Assembly (NCBI GenBank): GCA_037446635.1
Contig: JBBIIG010000003.1
Coordinates: 23,302-87,301 of the forward strand
DNA: 64,000 bases
DNA from: a bacterium
GTDB lineage: Bacteria; Zhuqueibacterota; Zhuqueibacteria; Oceanimicrobiales; Oceanimicrobiaceae
Direction: 5' to 3'
Shown: one piece after another, positions 1 through 9,987 of the stretch
Numbering within the stretch: the stretch's first letter is position 1
Layout of the letters: every line of letters begins with the position of its first letter
The notes under the pieces: model-generated
Databases searched by the model: none
What the model saw: the letters and a program-made list of their open reading frames with translations, nothing else
What the model was told of the DNA's origin: nothing
Made by a program: the position numbers and the translations under genes

Positions 1-2
1 CC

Positions 3-3000
3 GAAAATCACTCCCTCCAGCGCATCCCTAATGGCAGCGGCGGGGCGCGCAACACCGAGACATTTTTGGCCATTCCGCCGACGCCCGGCGTGAAAAACAC
101 TTTGCCAACTCCCAATCTGGTGGCCACGCCGGACTCCATCTATTTTGGCCGAGTTCGAACTGGCGAGATGAAAGAACAAACGTTGGTTTTAAGCAACACC
201 GGCCTGGCGGATTTGGAGATCAAAAGCACCCGCTTTGCCGGCTCAGCGGCGGAGCAGTTTCAGTTGGTCAATTTCGAGCTGCCGCTGATTTTGGAGCCGG
301 CGGAAAGTAAGGCCGTTGCGGCGCGCTTCATGCCCAGCTCGCCCGGCAACAAATCCGCGCGCGTGGAAATTTCCAGCAACGACCCGGATGACAATCCCAG
401 CATCATCAAGTTTCGCGGCGAAGGACGGGCCGCGCCGGCGATCTCGGTTTCAAATGACACCCTCGATTTCGGTTCGGTTGAAGTTGGCGACGAATTGGAT
501 TTGTCGCTGACGGTTAAAAACCTGGGCTTCGCCGATCTTGAAATTGATAAACTTCGGCTCACCGGACTTCATGATCATCAGTGGTTAATAAAATCCGGCA
601 GCGCGCCGTTGATCATCCCCCCCAACGAAAGCTCTGATCTCGTTTTAAGTTTTAAACCCACCGCGGTGGGCGAGAAAACCGCGGCTCTGGAAATCAGCAG
701 CAACAGTTCCGGAGAAAATCCAAAGGTGGTAACCTTGATTGGAACAGCTTTCAAAAGCGGGCCGTCGCCGTTTTTGGGCGTAGTGGTGATCAACGAGATT
801 CACTACAACCCCAGTTCGGCGCAGGGCAGCGACGCCGATTTTGAGTTCATTGAGTTGGCCAACGCCGACAGCATCCCGATTCCGCTGGCGGGATTCTCGT
901 TTTCCGCCGGCGTCAGTCACGTTTTCAGTGCTGGGGACACTTTGCCGGCTAACGGGTTCTTGGTAGTGGCCATTGATTCCACCAGCTATCCCGGCAGCGT
1001 GCAGTGGAGTTCGGGCAACCTCGTCAACACCGGCGAATTGATTAAATTAGTCGATGCGGACGGCGCGACCGTAGACTCGGTTTTTTATGATGAAGGCGCG
1101 CCGTGGCCCCCGGAACCCAACGGCGGCGGGCCAACTTTGGAGTTGAAACACCCGCTGCTCGACAACACGCTCCCGGAAAACTGGCAGGCGAGTTTCGCGC
1201 TCGGCGGCACGCCCGGCGCGGCCAACTCCGCGCCGGACACGACGGTGGTTTCGGGACCGGAGATTGCCGTCAATCCAGTCGCTTTAAATTTTGGCAACGT
1301 GCCACTCGGAGATAGTTTGACGTTGGAGCTGACCATCTCGAACCTCGGCGACGCGGAGTTAGAAATAAGTGGTGTTGAAATCAAAATCGGAAGCAGCGCC
1401 AGCTTTGTTCTCGAAACGCCGTCTTTGCCGCTGGCGATCCCGGCCGGCGCAAGCGAAAAGCTCGGCGTGACTTACATCCCGGCGCAGGTTGCAGCCGACA
1501 GTGGTACAGTCGAAATTGCCAGCAACGATTTCGATGAACCTTTGGTGATCGTCAATTTGACCGGCCGGGGCGTGACCGAGACGCTTTCGCAATTTGCCGG
1601 CGTAGTGGTGATCAATGAAATTCACTACAACCCCAGCTCGGCGCAGGGCAGCGACGCCAATTTTGAGTTCATTGAGTTGGCCAACGCCGACACCATCCCG
1701 ATTCCGCTGGCGGGATTCTCGTTTTCCGCCGGCGTCAGTCACGTTTTCAGTGCTGGGGACACTTTGCCGGCTAACGGGTTCTTGGTAGTGGCCATTGATT
1801 CCACCAGCTATCCCGGCAGCGTGCAGTGGAGTTCGGGCAACCTCGTCAACACCGGCGAATTGATTAAATTAGTCGATGCGGACGGCGCGACCGTAGACTC
1901 GGTTTTTTATGATGAAGGCGCGCCGTGGCCCCCGGAACCCAACGGCGGCGGGCCAACTTTGGAGTTGAAACACCCGCTGCTCGACAACACGCTCCCGGAA
2001 AACTGGCAGGCGAGTTTCGCGCTCGGCGGCACGCCCGGCGCGGCCAACTCCGCGCCGGACACGACGGTGGTTTCGGGACCGGAGATTGCCGTCAATCCAG
2101 TCGCTTTAAATTTTGGCAACGTGCCACTCGGAGATAGTTTGACGTTGGAGCTGACCATCTCGAACCTCGGCGACGCGGAGTTAGAAATAAGTGGTGTTGA
2201 AATCAAAATCGGAAGCAGCGCCAGCTTTGTTCTCGAAACGCCGTCTTTGCCGCTGGCGATCCCGGCCGGCGCAAGCGAAAAGCTCGGCGTGACTTACATC
2301 CCGGCGCAGGTTGCAGCCGACAGTGGTACAGTCGAAATTGCCAGCAACGATTTCGATGAACCTTTGGTGATCGTCAATTTGACCGGCCGGGGCGTGACCG
2401 AGACGCTTTCGCAATTTGCCGGCGTAGTGGTGATCAATGAAATTCACTACAACCCCAGCTCGGCGCAGGGCAGCGACGCCAATTTTGAATTTCTCGAATT
2501 GCACAACGCGTCTGACGAGCCCATTAACCTGGCGGGATTTGCCTTTGCTGCCGGAATCACTCACACGTTTCAAACTGGCGACACGCTACCCGCGCGCGGT
2601 TTTTTAGTGCTCGCCAGCAACTCGGCAAATTATCCCGGCAGCAAAGATTGGGACTCCGGGAGTTTGTTGAATACCGGCGAAGCGCTGCAGCTCGTGGATG
2701 CCAGCGGCGCAATCGTGGATTTAGTGGAATATGACGATGCCAACCCCTGGCCCACCGCCGCCAACGGCGACGGTCCCTCGCTGGAATTGAAAGACCCGCT
2801 GCTCGACAACACGCTCCCGGAAAATTGGCAGGCGAGTTTCGTGATTGGCGGCACGCCGGGCGCGCGGAATTTTGCCACCAATCCGACAGCGGTTTCCGAG
2901 CCGGTGTCGGCGCCGCGGGAATTTGTGCTGGCGCAGAATTATCCCAATCCGTTTAATCCGAGCACGAATATTCGTTTCGAACTGCCTGCGGCCAGCGCGG

Positions 3001-3218
3001 TGACGTTGACAATTTTCGATATTAGAGGCGAAGAAATTCGCAAATTAATATCGCTGGAGGCGCGCGCGGCCGGAGTTCACTCCGTTTTCTGGGATGGACG
3101 AGATCAGGCCGGTTCGCCCGCGGCCTCGGGAGTTTATTTTTATCGCATCGCGATTCAGCCGCAACGTGAAGGGGAGGCCGCGATCATGTTAACCCGCAAG
3201 ATGCTTTTGCTCAAGTGA
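3..3218 (+). CDS. Large secreted protein, 5'-truncated by the window: choice-of-anchor D/ASH-type Ig domains, three lamin-tail domains (LTD) and a C-terminal FlgD-Ig/T9SS type A-like sorting domain
   Basis: Frame is open from position 3 (ENHSLQRIPNGSGG...PPTPG, the end of an LTD). Repeated VVINEIHYNP...EFIEL LTD motifs and FG.V..G......L.I.N.G...L Ig repeats. C-terminal LAQNYPNPFNPST...WDGRD..G...ASGVYFY...RKMLLLK. Confidence 0.85.
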   Translation, partial: ENHSLQRIPNGSGGARNTETFLAIPPTPGVKNTLPTPNLVATPDSIYFGRVRTGEMKEQTLVLSNTGLADLEIKSTRFAGSAAEQFQLVNFELPLILEPAESKAVAARFMPSSPGNKSARVEISSNDPDDNPSIIKFRGEGRAAPAISVSNDTLDFGSVEVGDELDLSLTVKNLGFADLEIDKLRLTGLHDHQWLIKSGSAPLIIPPNESSDLVLSFKPTAVGEKTAALEISSNSSGENPKVVTLIGTAFKSGPSPFLGVVVINEIHYNPSSAQGSDADFEFIELANADSIPIPLAGFSFSAGVSHVFSAGDTLPANGFLVVAIDSTSYPGSVQWSSGNLVNTGELIKLVDADGATVDSVFYDEGAPWPPEPNGGGPTLELKHPLLDNTLPENWQASFALGGTPGAANSAPDTTVVSGPEIAVNPVALNFGNVPLGDSLTLELTISNLGDAELEISGVEIKIGSSASFVLETPSLPLAIPAGASEKLGVTYIPAQVAADSGTVEIASNDFDEPLVIVNLTGRGVTETLSQFAGVVVINEIHYNPSSAQGSDANFEFIELANADTIPIPLAGFSFSAGVSHVFSAGDTLPANGFLVVAIDSTSYPGSVQWSSGNLVNTGELIKLVDADGATVDSVFYDEGAPWPPEPNGGGPTLELKHPLLDNTLPENWQASFALGGTPGAANSAPDTTVVSGPEIAVNPVALNFGNVPLGDSLTLELTISNLGDAELEISGVEIKIGSSASFVLETPSLPLAIPAGASEKLGVTYIPAQVAADSGTVEIASNDFDEPLVIVNLTGRGVTETLSQFAGVVVINEIHYNPSSAQGSDANFEFLELHNASDEPINLAGFAFAAGITHTFQTGDTLPARGFLVLASNSANYPGSKDWDSGSLLNTGEALQLVDASGAIVDLVEYDDANPWPTAANGDGPSLELKDPLLDNTLPENWQASFVIGGTPGARNFATNPTAVSEPVSAPREFVLAQNYPNPFNPSTNIRFELPAASAVTLTIFDIRGEEIRKLISLEARAAGVHSVFWDGRDQAGSPAASGVYFYRIAIQPQREGEAAIMLTRKMLLLK
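777..2488 (+). repeat. Intragenic tandem duplication, 822-bp period (one LTD + one Ig module)
   Basis: 872-1666 and 1694-2488 look identical by eye. Identical shadow ORFs at 1085/1907 and 1103/1925 confirm the 822-bp period. Confidence 0.95.
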
Positions 3219-3223
3219 CCGCC

Positions 3224-3262
3224 TTTACGTGCCGCGCACTTTTGAAGTGCGCGGCACGTAAA
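3224..3262. repeat. REP-like palindrome / possible terminator (gtgccgcgcactt..aagtgcgcggcac)
   Basis: 18-bp perfect stem directly after the stop codon; a related copy lies at 41805-41837. Confidence 0.75.
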
Positions 3263-3345
3263 AGGGTTCATAAATTTATCTTGCTTTGTAGGGCTACGGG
3301 AGTATTATAAAATGTCCGCTATTCTTGTTAGTATCAAGCGGGATA

Positions 3346-3569
3346 ATGATTAAAATTACCAAGTGCCCAACTTGTGGCAGCGACCAAATCAAGCACGTCC
3401 GGCGTGATTGGTCCGACGAATAAAGGGACAGACTTACACCGTCCCGGATCTAGAATTTTACGAGTGCCGGAATTGCGGCGAAAAAGTCTATGACCACGAG
3501 GCCATGCAAAAAATCGAAGCCTATTCTCCCGCGTTCGCTAAAAAGCGCAAGGCAAGAAAGATCGCTTAA
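3346..3569 (+). pseudogene. YgiT/MqsA-type zinc-finger protein with a 1-bp deletion
   Basis: MIKITKCPTCGSDQIKHVRRDWSDE stops at TAA 3421. The shifted frame continues GQTYTVPDLEFYECRNCGEKVYDHEAMQKIEAYS. Two CxxC motifs; 224 bp is one base short of an intact frame. Confidence 0.8.
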
Positions 3570-3633
3570 AACCAGCCAGTTTTTCGTTCGCACGCAGGAG
3601 TGTTCATGAGTCAGGTAATTTAACAATTTCTCG

Positions 3634-3662
3634 TTGACTAAAACCCGCAAATTCCCTACATT
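3634..3662 (+). promoter_or_regulatory. Candidate sigma70 promoter for lepA
   Basis: TTGACT-17 bp-TACATT about 165 bp upstream of lepA. Confidence 0.4.
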
Positions 3663-3727
3663 GCCTCGGCTTTTTTGAGGAATTAAGCCAGATCCTGTGA
3701 TCTGGCTTTTGTTTATTAAGGCGTCTT

Positions 3728-3815
3728 GGCGTGGAACGAAGTGACGAAGCCATCTCCCGCGAAGGGTGAGATGGCTTCGTCGCCCCGACGCTGGTCGGGA
3801 CTCCTCGCAATGACA
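3728..3815. repeat. Intergenic palindromic repeat ending ctcctcgcaatgaca
   Basis: gacgaagccatctc..gagatggcttcgtc stem with a ctcgcaatgac end; relatives at 37923-38062, 17596-17740 and 43550-43621. Confidence 0.7.
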
Positions 3816-3826
3816 GATTAACAGTT

Positions 3827-5623
3827 ATGCAAACGGAAAACATTCGCAACTTCTGCATCATCGCCCATATCGATCACGGCAAATCGACTCTCGCCGATCG
3901 CATTTTAGAAAAGACCGGCACGCTGGAGAAAGTTCAAACCGCGCAGGTGCTGGACAGCATGGATCTGGAGCGCGAGCGCGGCATCACCATCAAGCTGCAC
4001 ACGGTGACGATGGAGTACAAAGCGCGCGACGGCCGAAAATACGTTTTGAATTTGATCGACACCCCCGGCCACGTAGATTTCACCTACGAAGTCTCCCGCA
4101 GCCTCGCCGCCTGCGAAGGCGCGATTTTAGTGGTGGATGCCGCGCAGGGGGTCGAGGCGCAGACTATCAGCAATCTCTATTTGGCGCTGGAGAACGAACT
4201 CACCATCATCCCCGTCATCAACAAAGTGGATTTGGACAGCGCACAGGTTGAAAAAGTCAAACGGCAGATCATCGATCTGCTGGGAGTTGACGAAAGCGAG
4301 ATACTGCTCGCCAGCGCCAAAATCGGCCGCGGCGTGGACGAAATTCTCGAAGCCGTGGTGCAGCGCGTTCCGCCGCCCAAAGGCGACGCCGCTGCGCCGC
4401 TGCAGGCGCTCATCTTCGATTCCATTTTCGATTCCTACCGCGGCGCCATCGCCTACATCCGCGTGTTTGCTGGTGAAATATCCCCCGGCATGGAGATCAA
4501 ATTGTTCTCCACCGGCAAAACTTACGAAGTGGCCGAGGTGGGAATTTTGCAGCTCAAACGCATCAAACGCGAACAGCTATCGGTGGGGGAAGTCGGGTAT
4601 TGCATCGCCAACATCAAACAGGTGCAGGACACGAAAGTCGGCGATACCATCACCAGCGCCCAAAATCCAGCGCCAAAGCCGCTGCCCGGCTATCAGGACG
4701 TCAAGCCGATGGTGTTCAGCGGGCTCTTTCCCACCGACAGCGAACAGTACGAGGAACTGCGCTCTTCGTTGGAACGTTTGAAACTCAACGATTCGTCACT
4801 AATCTACGAACCGGAAACTTCGCAGGCGCTCGGCTTTGGATTCCGCTGCGGTTTCCTGGGTTTGCTGCACATGGAGATCGTGCAAGAGCGTTTGGATCGC
4901 GAGTACGGCTTGAGCATCATCACCACGGTGCCGAACGTGGAATATAAAGTTTATACTAAAAAGGGCGAAATGCTGGTGGTGGATAATCCGGCGCTGCTGC
5001 CGCCGGTGGGGGATATCGAGCATGTTGAGGAACCGTACATCAAAGCGGATATTATCGTACCCACGGAATACATCGGCAACATTATGAAGCTGGCGCAGGA
5101 TCGGCGCGGCATTTACAAAAACACCGAGTATATCGACCCGACGCGCGCCAACTTGCATTATGACTTCCCGCTTTCGGAAATCATTTTCGACTTTTATGAT
5201 AAACTGAAATCGCTCACCCGCGGCTATGCTTCGTTTGATTATCATTTTACGGATTACCGCCCCGGCGAATTGTCGAAGCTCGACATTCTCATCAACGGCG
5301 AGCCGGTAGACGCGCTGTCGTACATCATTCACAAAGATAAGGCGTACGAGTGGGGCCGCAAAATCTGTGAAAAGTTGAAGGAGCTGATCCCGAAACAATT
5401 GTACGAAGTCGTCATTCAGGCCGCCATCGGCAGCAAAGTGATCGCGCGTTCAACGGTCAAGCCGCTGCGCAAAAATGTGACCGCCAAGTGCTACGGCGGC
5501 GACATCACCCGCAAGCGCAAACTTTTGGAGCGCCAAAAAGAGGGCAAGAAGCGCATGAAGCAGTTCGGGCGAGTGGAGCTGCCGCAGGAAGCGTTTTTGG
5601 CAGTATTGAAAGTGGAATCGTAA
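3827..5623 (+). CDS. lepA: Translation elongation factor 4 (LepA)
   Basis: [38 protein letters not shown]-terminal [14 protein letters not shown]. Confidence 0.99.
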   Translation: MQTENIRNFCIIAHIDHGKSTLADRILEKTGTLEKVQTAQVLDSMDLERERGITIKLHTVTMEYKARDGRKYVLNLIDTPGHVDFTYEVSRSLAACEGAILVVDAAQGVEAQTISNLYLALENELTIIPVINKVDLDSAQVEKVKRQIIDLLGVDESEILLASAKIGRGVDEILEAVVQRVPPPKGDAAAPLQALIFDSIFDSYRGAIAYIRVFAGEISPGMEIKLFSTGKTYEVAEVGILQLKRIKREQLSVGEVGYCIANIKQVQDTKVGDTITSAQNPAPKPLPGYQDVKPMVFSGLFPTDSEQYEELRSSLERLKLNDSSLIYEPETSQALGFGFRCGFLGLLHMEIVQERLDREYGLSIITTVPNVEYKVYTKKGEMLVVDNPALLPPVGDIEHVEEPYIKADIIVPTEYIGNIMKLAQDRRGIYKNTEYIDPTRANLHYDFPLSEIIFDFYDKLKSLTRGYASFDYHFTDYRPGELSKLDILINGEPVDALSYIIHKDKAYEWGRKICEKLKELIPKQLYEVVIQAAIGSKVIARSTVKPLRKNVTAKCYGGDITRKRKLLERQKEGKKRMKQFGRVELPQEAFLAVLKVES

Positions 5624-5702
5624 ACTAAAAACCTTTAAACTTGTTGGAAACGGATATTCAAACCGCGCGTAAAAGCACCAGAATTATTTCAGGAGTTTTT
5701 TC

Positions 5703-6518
5703 ATGAGCCATCAAGGAAATCGGAAATCAGTATCGGATAAGATTCGAACCCGACCAATGCCATCTCCGCCGGTGGATGCAAAAAATCAAAAGCCCAAGAA
5801 AAAAACCAGTTTTCGCGAATACAGCGAGGCCATTTTGGTGGCATTACTCGCCGCCATGTTTTTACGGGCTTTTGTGGTACAGGCCTTCCGCATTCCAACC
5901 GGCTCGATGAAGGACACACTGCTGGTGGGAGATTTTCTGCTGGTCAACAAATTTATTTACGGTGTCCGCACCCCGGACCGTATCCCAATTTTTGACGCCC
6001 GCATCCCGTTCAACAGTCCGCCACTTCGTTTGCCGGCGTTTAAAGAACCGAAGAACGGCGACGTGGTCGTGTTCAAATACCCCAAAGACGAACGTCTCGA
6101 TTACATCAAACGCTGTATTGCCGTGGGGGGTCAAACAGTTGAAATTCGCAACGGCGAGGTTTTTATTGATGGCAAACCGGAAGGCGAGCGTATTCCACTG
6201 GGCCGTAAATACGATGCCGATGACGGCCAATACTTCGACTATATCAGAATCAAGTCGCCTTACGGCAAATCTTACGTCATCCGTCACGCCTCCGACGGTT
6301 ATAACCGCACCAAAAATTTTGGCCCCGTCGTGGTGCCGGCGAAGCACTATTTTATGATGGGGGATAACCGCGACAACAGCGCTGATAGCCGCGAGTGGGG
6401 ATTTCTGCCGGAGGAAAATGTCGTGGGCGAAGCACTCATCACGTATTTTTCATGGGACAAAAACGAAAGCCTGCTCAACCGCATTCGCTGGTCGCGCATC
6501 GCTGACCCGATCCACTAA
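5703..6518 (+). CDS. lepB: Signal peptidase I
   Basis: IPTGSM..TL..GD (catalytic Ser), DYIKR (Lys), MMGDNRDNSADSR.WG; follows lepA. Confidence 0.97.
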   Translation: MSHQGNRKSVSDKIRTRPMPSPPVDAKNQKPKKKTSFREYSEAILVALLAAMFLRAFVVQAFRIPTGSMKDTLLVGDFLLVNKFIYGVRTPDRIPIFDARIPFNSPPLRLPAFKEPKNGDVVVFKYPKDERLDYIKRCIAVGGQTVEIRNGEVFIDGKPEGERIPLGRKYDADDGQYFDYIRIKSPYGKSYVIRHASDGYNRTKNFGPVVVPAKHYFMMGDNRDNSADSREWGFLPEENVVGEALITYFSWDKNESLLNRIRWSRIADPIH

Positions 6519-6525
6519 ATTAAAA

Positions 6526-6664
6526 GTGAAACGGCAGACGTGAGACGTGAAAGGCGAGACGTATGGGGCTCCTTGAAAAATCGTCAGAAGTTGTAAATTT
6601 CCTCTCCCTTCACCCTCCACGTTTGCCGTCTGCCGTCTCACCTTTCACCTCTCACGTCTCACGT
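6526..6664. repeat. Inverted arrays of degenerate heptamers (gtgagac / gtctcac)
   Basis: gtgaaac-ggcagac-gtgagac-gtgaaag-gcgagac on the left and the complementary array on the right. Confidence 0.8.
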
Positions 6665-7864
6665 ATGACCGCCGGCCTCTACATTCACATTCCGTTTTGC
6701 CCGCAAATCTGCGGCTACTGCGATTTTTACAAGGTTGCTCACCGCGGCGAGGCGCAGGTTCAGTCTTACCTCAATTCCTTAAAAAAAGAAATCTTGCTTT
6801 ATTCGCGTGAGCCCAGAATTCAAAACCTGACGTTTGAAACGCTCTATTTTGGCGGCGGCACCCCTTCGCTGTTAAGCGCTTCCGAAATTCATAAATTGAT
6901 CGAGCTCGTTTTTTGCCGGTTCCAGTTTGCTGGCAACCTCGAAGTCACCGTGGAGACCGACCCCGGAACCGTCGATTTGCCCAAGCTGCAAGCATTTCGC
7001 GCCGCGGGGGTGAATCGTTTGAGTCTCGGTATTCAATCATTTCAGGATGATGAACTAAAATTTCTGGATCGCACTCATCATTCCGACGAAGCCATCGCCA
7101 CGTTTGAGATGGCGCGCCGGGCCGGCTTTGAAAACATCAGCATCGATTTGATGTTCGGGCTGCCCGGTCAAAGTCTTTCCGACTGGGAAAAAAATTTGCA
7201 AACGGCTGTGAAGCTGGCGCCGGAGCACATCTCGCCCTACTGTTTGACGTTCGAGCTGGGCACGCCGCTGATGAATAAATTACGAAAAGGCCTGGTGCAA
7301 AAACCGCTGGACGCCCGGCCGCGCGCGATGTATTTACGCGCCATCGATTTCTTGGGAGGCTGCGGGTTTGAGCATTATGAAGTTTCGAATTTCGCGAAAG
7401 CCGGCTTTCGTTCTCGGCACAATCTCAAATACTGGGACGGCAGCCCGTATTTGGGATTGGGTGCGTCGGCGCACTCGTTTTGGGAGAAGCGCCGGTTTTG
7501 GAATGTCCGGCATCTAAAAAAATATCACGGCGCGCTCGCCAGTGGATGTTTGCCAATTGAAGGGGAGGAGTTTTTAACGCTGGAGAAAGAAAGGCTGGAG
7601 CGAATCTTTCTGGCTCTGCGCCAGCGCGGTGGCCTGCACGTCAAAACCTTCGAGGAGGAGCAACGGTTGCCTTTTTTCGAAAACTACGGCGCCGCGCTTT
7701 CGAAATTTTTTGACGGCGATTTTCGCGACGAAGCATTCACCAAAGAGTTAATCAACGGCGAGCGCACCCTGAAAAGCGATTGGTTGGAATTTCACGGCGG
7801 GCATCTGCGATTGACCAACGCAGGGTTTGCGGTGTGCGATTCGATCTGTGCGGAGTTTTTGTAA
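6665..7864 (+). CDS. hemW: Radical SAM heme chaperone HemW (HemN-like)
   Basis: GLYIHIPFCxxxCxYCDF, YFGGGTPS, YEVSNF, HN.KYW, YLGLG.SAHS. Start placed at ATG 6665 because the upstream ORF extension is heptamer repeat. Confidence 0.93.
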   Translation: MTAGLYIHIPFCPQICGYCDFYKVAHRGEAQVQSYLNSLKKEILLYSREPRIQNLTFETLYFGGGTPSLLSASEIHKLIELVFCRFQFAGNLEVTVETDPGTVDLPKLQAFRAAGVNRLSLGIQSFQDDELKFLDRTHHSDEAIATFEMARRAGFENISIDLMFGLPGQSLSDWEKNLQTAVKLAPEHISPYCLTFELGTPLMNKLRKGLVQKPLDARPRAMYLRAIDFLGGCGFEHYEVSNFAKAGFRSRHNLKYWDGSPYLGLGASAHSFWEKRRFWNVRHLKKYHGALASGCLPIEGEEFLTLEKERLERIFLALRQRGGLHVKTFEEEQRLPFFENYGAALSKFFDGDFRDEAFTKELINGERTLKSDWLEFHGGHLRLTNAGFAVCDSICAEFL

Positions 7865-7947
7865 TGACTCGCGAAGCTCTGTCACGGCGAGCGCTTTTCG
7901 CGAAGCAGTCTCATTTCGTTATTATTATAAAACCAATTTACAAAGTA

Positions 7948-7978
7948 TGTAGGGAACGCATAGTATGCGTTCCCTACA
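7948..7978. repeat. GTAG-type REP-like palindrome
   Basis: tgtagggaacgcata-g-tatgcgttccctaca; related copies at 23716-23748, 37881-37908 and degenerate at 49883-49909. Confidence 0.75.
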
Positions 7979-8010
7979 GTTGCCTGTCTTTAGTCAGACA
8001 CGAATCACAA

Positions 8011-8805
8011 TTAGCGCTTCTTTTTGATTTGTTCGAGTAGCCGGCGGCATTCCCGTTTATGAAACTCGTCCTGGTGATCCGCGATGGGCAGCTCCAACGC
8101 CAGCTTAAATTCCTGCTCGGCCAATTCCCACTCTTTCATCGCCAAATAAGTTAGTCCTAATTCTTTGTGGTGGTTAATCCACTGCGGGCTGATGGCGATG
8201 GCCTTTTTGAAATTTTCCACTGAACCCTCATTGCTGGCGCCAGGGGGAACGCCGCCGTACATAATTTTGGCAGCGGCTTTCAGCACCCAACTCAAGTTCG
8301 CCACCTCACGATGCCAGCGCCCCAGCACGTGGTAGGCGCCGTGATGATTGGGATCGAGCAGCAGGGTTTTTTCCGCTTCCTCCTTTACGATTTTCGAGCG
8401 CGCCAGTTTTTGCTTGCCGCTCTCGTGCAGGCCCAGCAGTCCGGAAGTCACGGCCACAAAAAAATGGGCGTTGGCGATATCGGGGCACAGCGCGACGGCT
8501 TTGCGCGCCCACTTTTCGGCGGTGTAGTAGTACTGGCGTTGAGTGATCGGCTCGGAGTCTTCGCCAATGTTTACGTACGCTTCGGCGATTTTCCAGAGGG
8601 CGGTGCAGTTGCTGGAGTCCGCAGCGTGCGCTTTGAGGTAGGCCTGCAGCGCGGCGTGATTGTCAAACGAGCGGGCGTGGGCGTCGCCGGCGGCGATAAA
8701 ATCGGCGGCAGAATTTTGAGCGCCAAGTGCGGAGCAGAAAAGCGGGAGCGCGAGATTTAAAAATAAGCGTTTTAAAAGCGCTGGCGCCGGCAGGGTTCGC
8801 ATCAA
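8011..8805 (-). CDS. Secreted tetratricopeptide-repeat protein (RMDN-like)
   Basis: Signal peptide followed by TPR helices (ALWKIAEAY, AHFFVAV, AYHVLGRWH, HHKELGLTY). Confidence 0.75.
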   Translation of the reverse strand: MMRTLPAPALLKRLFLNLALPLFCSALGAQNSAADFIAAGDAHARSFDNHAALQAYLKAHAADSSNCTALWKIAEAYVNIGEDSEPITQRQYYYTAEKWARKAVALCPDIANAHFFVAVTSGLLGLHESGKQKLARSKIVKEEAEKTLLLDPNHHGAYHVLGRWHREVANLSWVLKAAAKIMYGGVPPGASNEGSVENFKKAIAISPQWINHHKELGLTYLAMKEWELAEQEFKLALELPIADHQDEFHKRECRRLLEQIKKKR

Positions 8806-9143
8806 TCCAATTCTAAAACGGTCTGGATACTTTGCTTAATTTGCTGCATGTATTCCGCGGGCAGGGAGCTGACGCGTTTTTGGATGCGTTCTTTCGCGAC
8901 GGTTTTGAGTTGGAGTGAGAAGGCCAAGCGGTCCTCCTCCATCCCGATCACCTCTTTGGGAATCAACGTGGCGCCGATTCGCGAGCTCGTCACCTGCTTG
9001 GCTTCGATCAGCGGGCAGACGATCACCGTTTGCAAGTTTTCGTTGATTACATCCGTGGAGATGACGACGCCGTGGCGGGCAGATTTTTGTTTCACATTTT
9101 CCAATTGAATGAGGACGATATCGCCGCGCTTAAACGATTTCAT
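8802..9143 (-). CDS. PemK/MazF-family toxin (divergent)
   Basis: KRGDIVLI...R.GVVIS.D..N....TVIVCPL...QLKTV.K.RI; start overlaps the antitoxin stop (ATGA). Confidence 0.85.
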   Translation of the reverse strand: MKSFKRGDIVLIQLENVKQKSARHGVVISTDVINENLQTVIVCPLIEAKQVTSSRIGATLIPKEVIGMEEDRLAFSLQLKTVAKERIQKRVSSLPAEYMQQIKQSIQTVLELD

Positions 9144-9406
9144 ACTGGCCAGGTCTCGTTTTCTACCACCGTCCATTCTTTTAGAATCTGCTCGTTGCTG
9201 TCTTCAAAAAGCCGGCAGGTTTCGGCAAGCTGTTGGGTGCGTTCTTCGCGCCGGCGGTCGTTCAGGTACGATTCGAAAGCGTCGCGTCCAAATTCGGCCA
9301 TCGTGATCCCCTTTTTGTTCACCCACACTTCGATTTCTTCCCGCAGATAGTTTGGGATGTACATCACGAATCGCTGCCGGCTCTTGGCGTAAACTCGAGG
9401 TCTCAT
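9140..9406 (-). CDS. Ribbon-helix-helix antitoxin (MazE/NdoAI-like)
   Basis: RFVMYIP..L.EEI...V.KKG.TMAEF.RDA..SYL RHH pattern, acidic C-terminus, directly upstream of the toxin. Confidence 0.8.
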   Translation of the reverse strand: MRPRVYAKSRQRFVMYIPNYLREEIEVWVNKKGITMAEFGRDAFESYLNDRRREERTQQLAETCRLFEDSNEQILKEWTVVENETWPV

Positions 9407-9621
9407 TTGTACTACTCCTATCGGTTGCTTCGTTGAAATTGCACGTTGACAAAAAATGGAATTGAAAACTTATCGACGATCGGAACTGATTTTTTCGATA
9501 GTCAAAGTACGGAACGTTTTAGCGCAAAGTTACATCTTTTTTGGGGCAAGGGATGCTGAGGTAGATACAGACTTTTTAAGGGGTTTATTCCTTTTGAGAA
9601 AGAATGGGCCAAGCGGGTAAT

Positions 9622-9987
9622 TTATTGCACCACGACCACGCCGGTTTCTGCGGCGCGATCTTTATGTATGCTGCAATAATAGCTGAACGAGCCGCTCGAG
9701 TTAAAAGTGTGAGGAAACGATCCGCCGGCGCCCAAATTTCCCGAAATGAAATCGCTGGTGGGGTTGTCCACGCTGCCGCTGTCCACCGCGTGGGTTTGGC
9801 TATCTTTGTTGATCCACTGTACGCGGGCGCCGCGCGCGACATTCAGAGTTTTAGGGGTAACCGCTCCCCCTTGAAACCAGATTTCGTTGGGGCCGGGGGT
9901 TTCCGGTTCGGTGGGGTTGCTAGCACACTGCCAGAAAAATAGCAGCACCGCTAAGAAAACTCCGCGAAAAATCGTTCGCGTCTTCAT
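9622..9987 (-). CDS. Cupredoxin-fold (plastocyanin/azurin-like) lipoprotein
   Basis: Lipoprotein-like signal (FFWQC), P..L.V..G..V.W.N.D...H, YYCSIH. Start at ATG 9987 behind GAGGA. Confidence 0.85.
   Translation of the reverse strand: MKTRTIFRGVFLAVLLFFWQCASNPTEPETPGPNEIWFQGGAVTPKTLNVARGARVQWINKDSQTHAVDSGSVDNPTSDFISGNLGAGGSFPHTFNSSGSFSYYCSIHKDRAAETGVVVVQ

Noticed and set aside
777..2488. Near-identical repeats as a diversity-generating retroelement TR/VR pair (also considered for the Uma2 genes and mdh tail)
   Set aside because: No reverse transcriptase in the window, and the differences are not adenine-specific.
6526..6664. Heptamer and octamer tracts as possible CRISPR arrays or N-terminal gene extensions (hemW, ECF, DUF2252)
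   Set aside because: Units are 7-8 bp and degenerate with no spacers; ORF extensions through them are low-complexity and better starts lie downstream.
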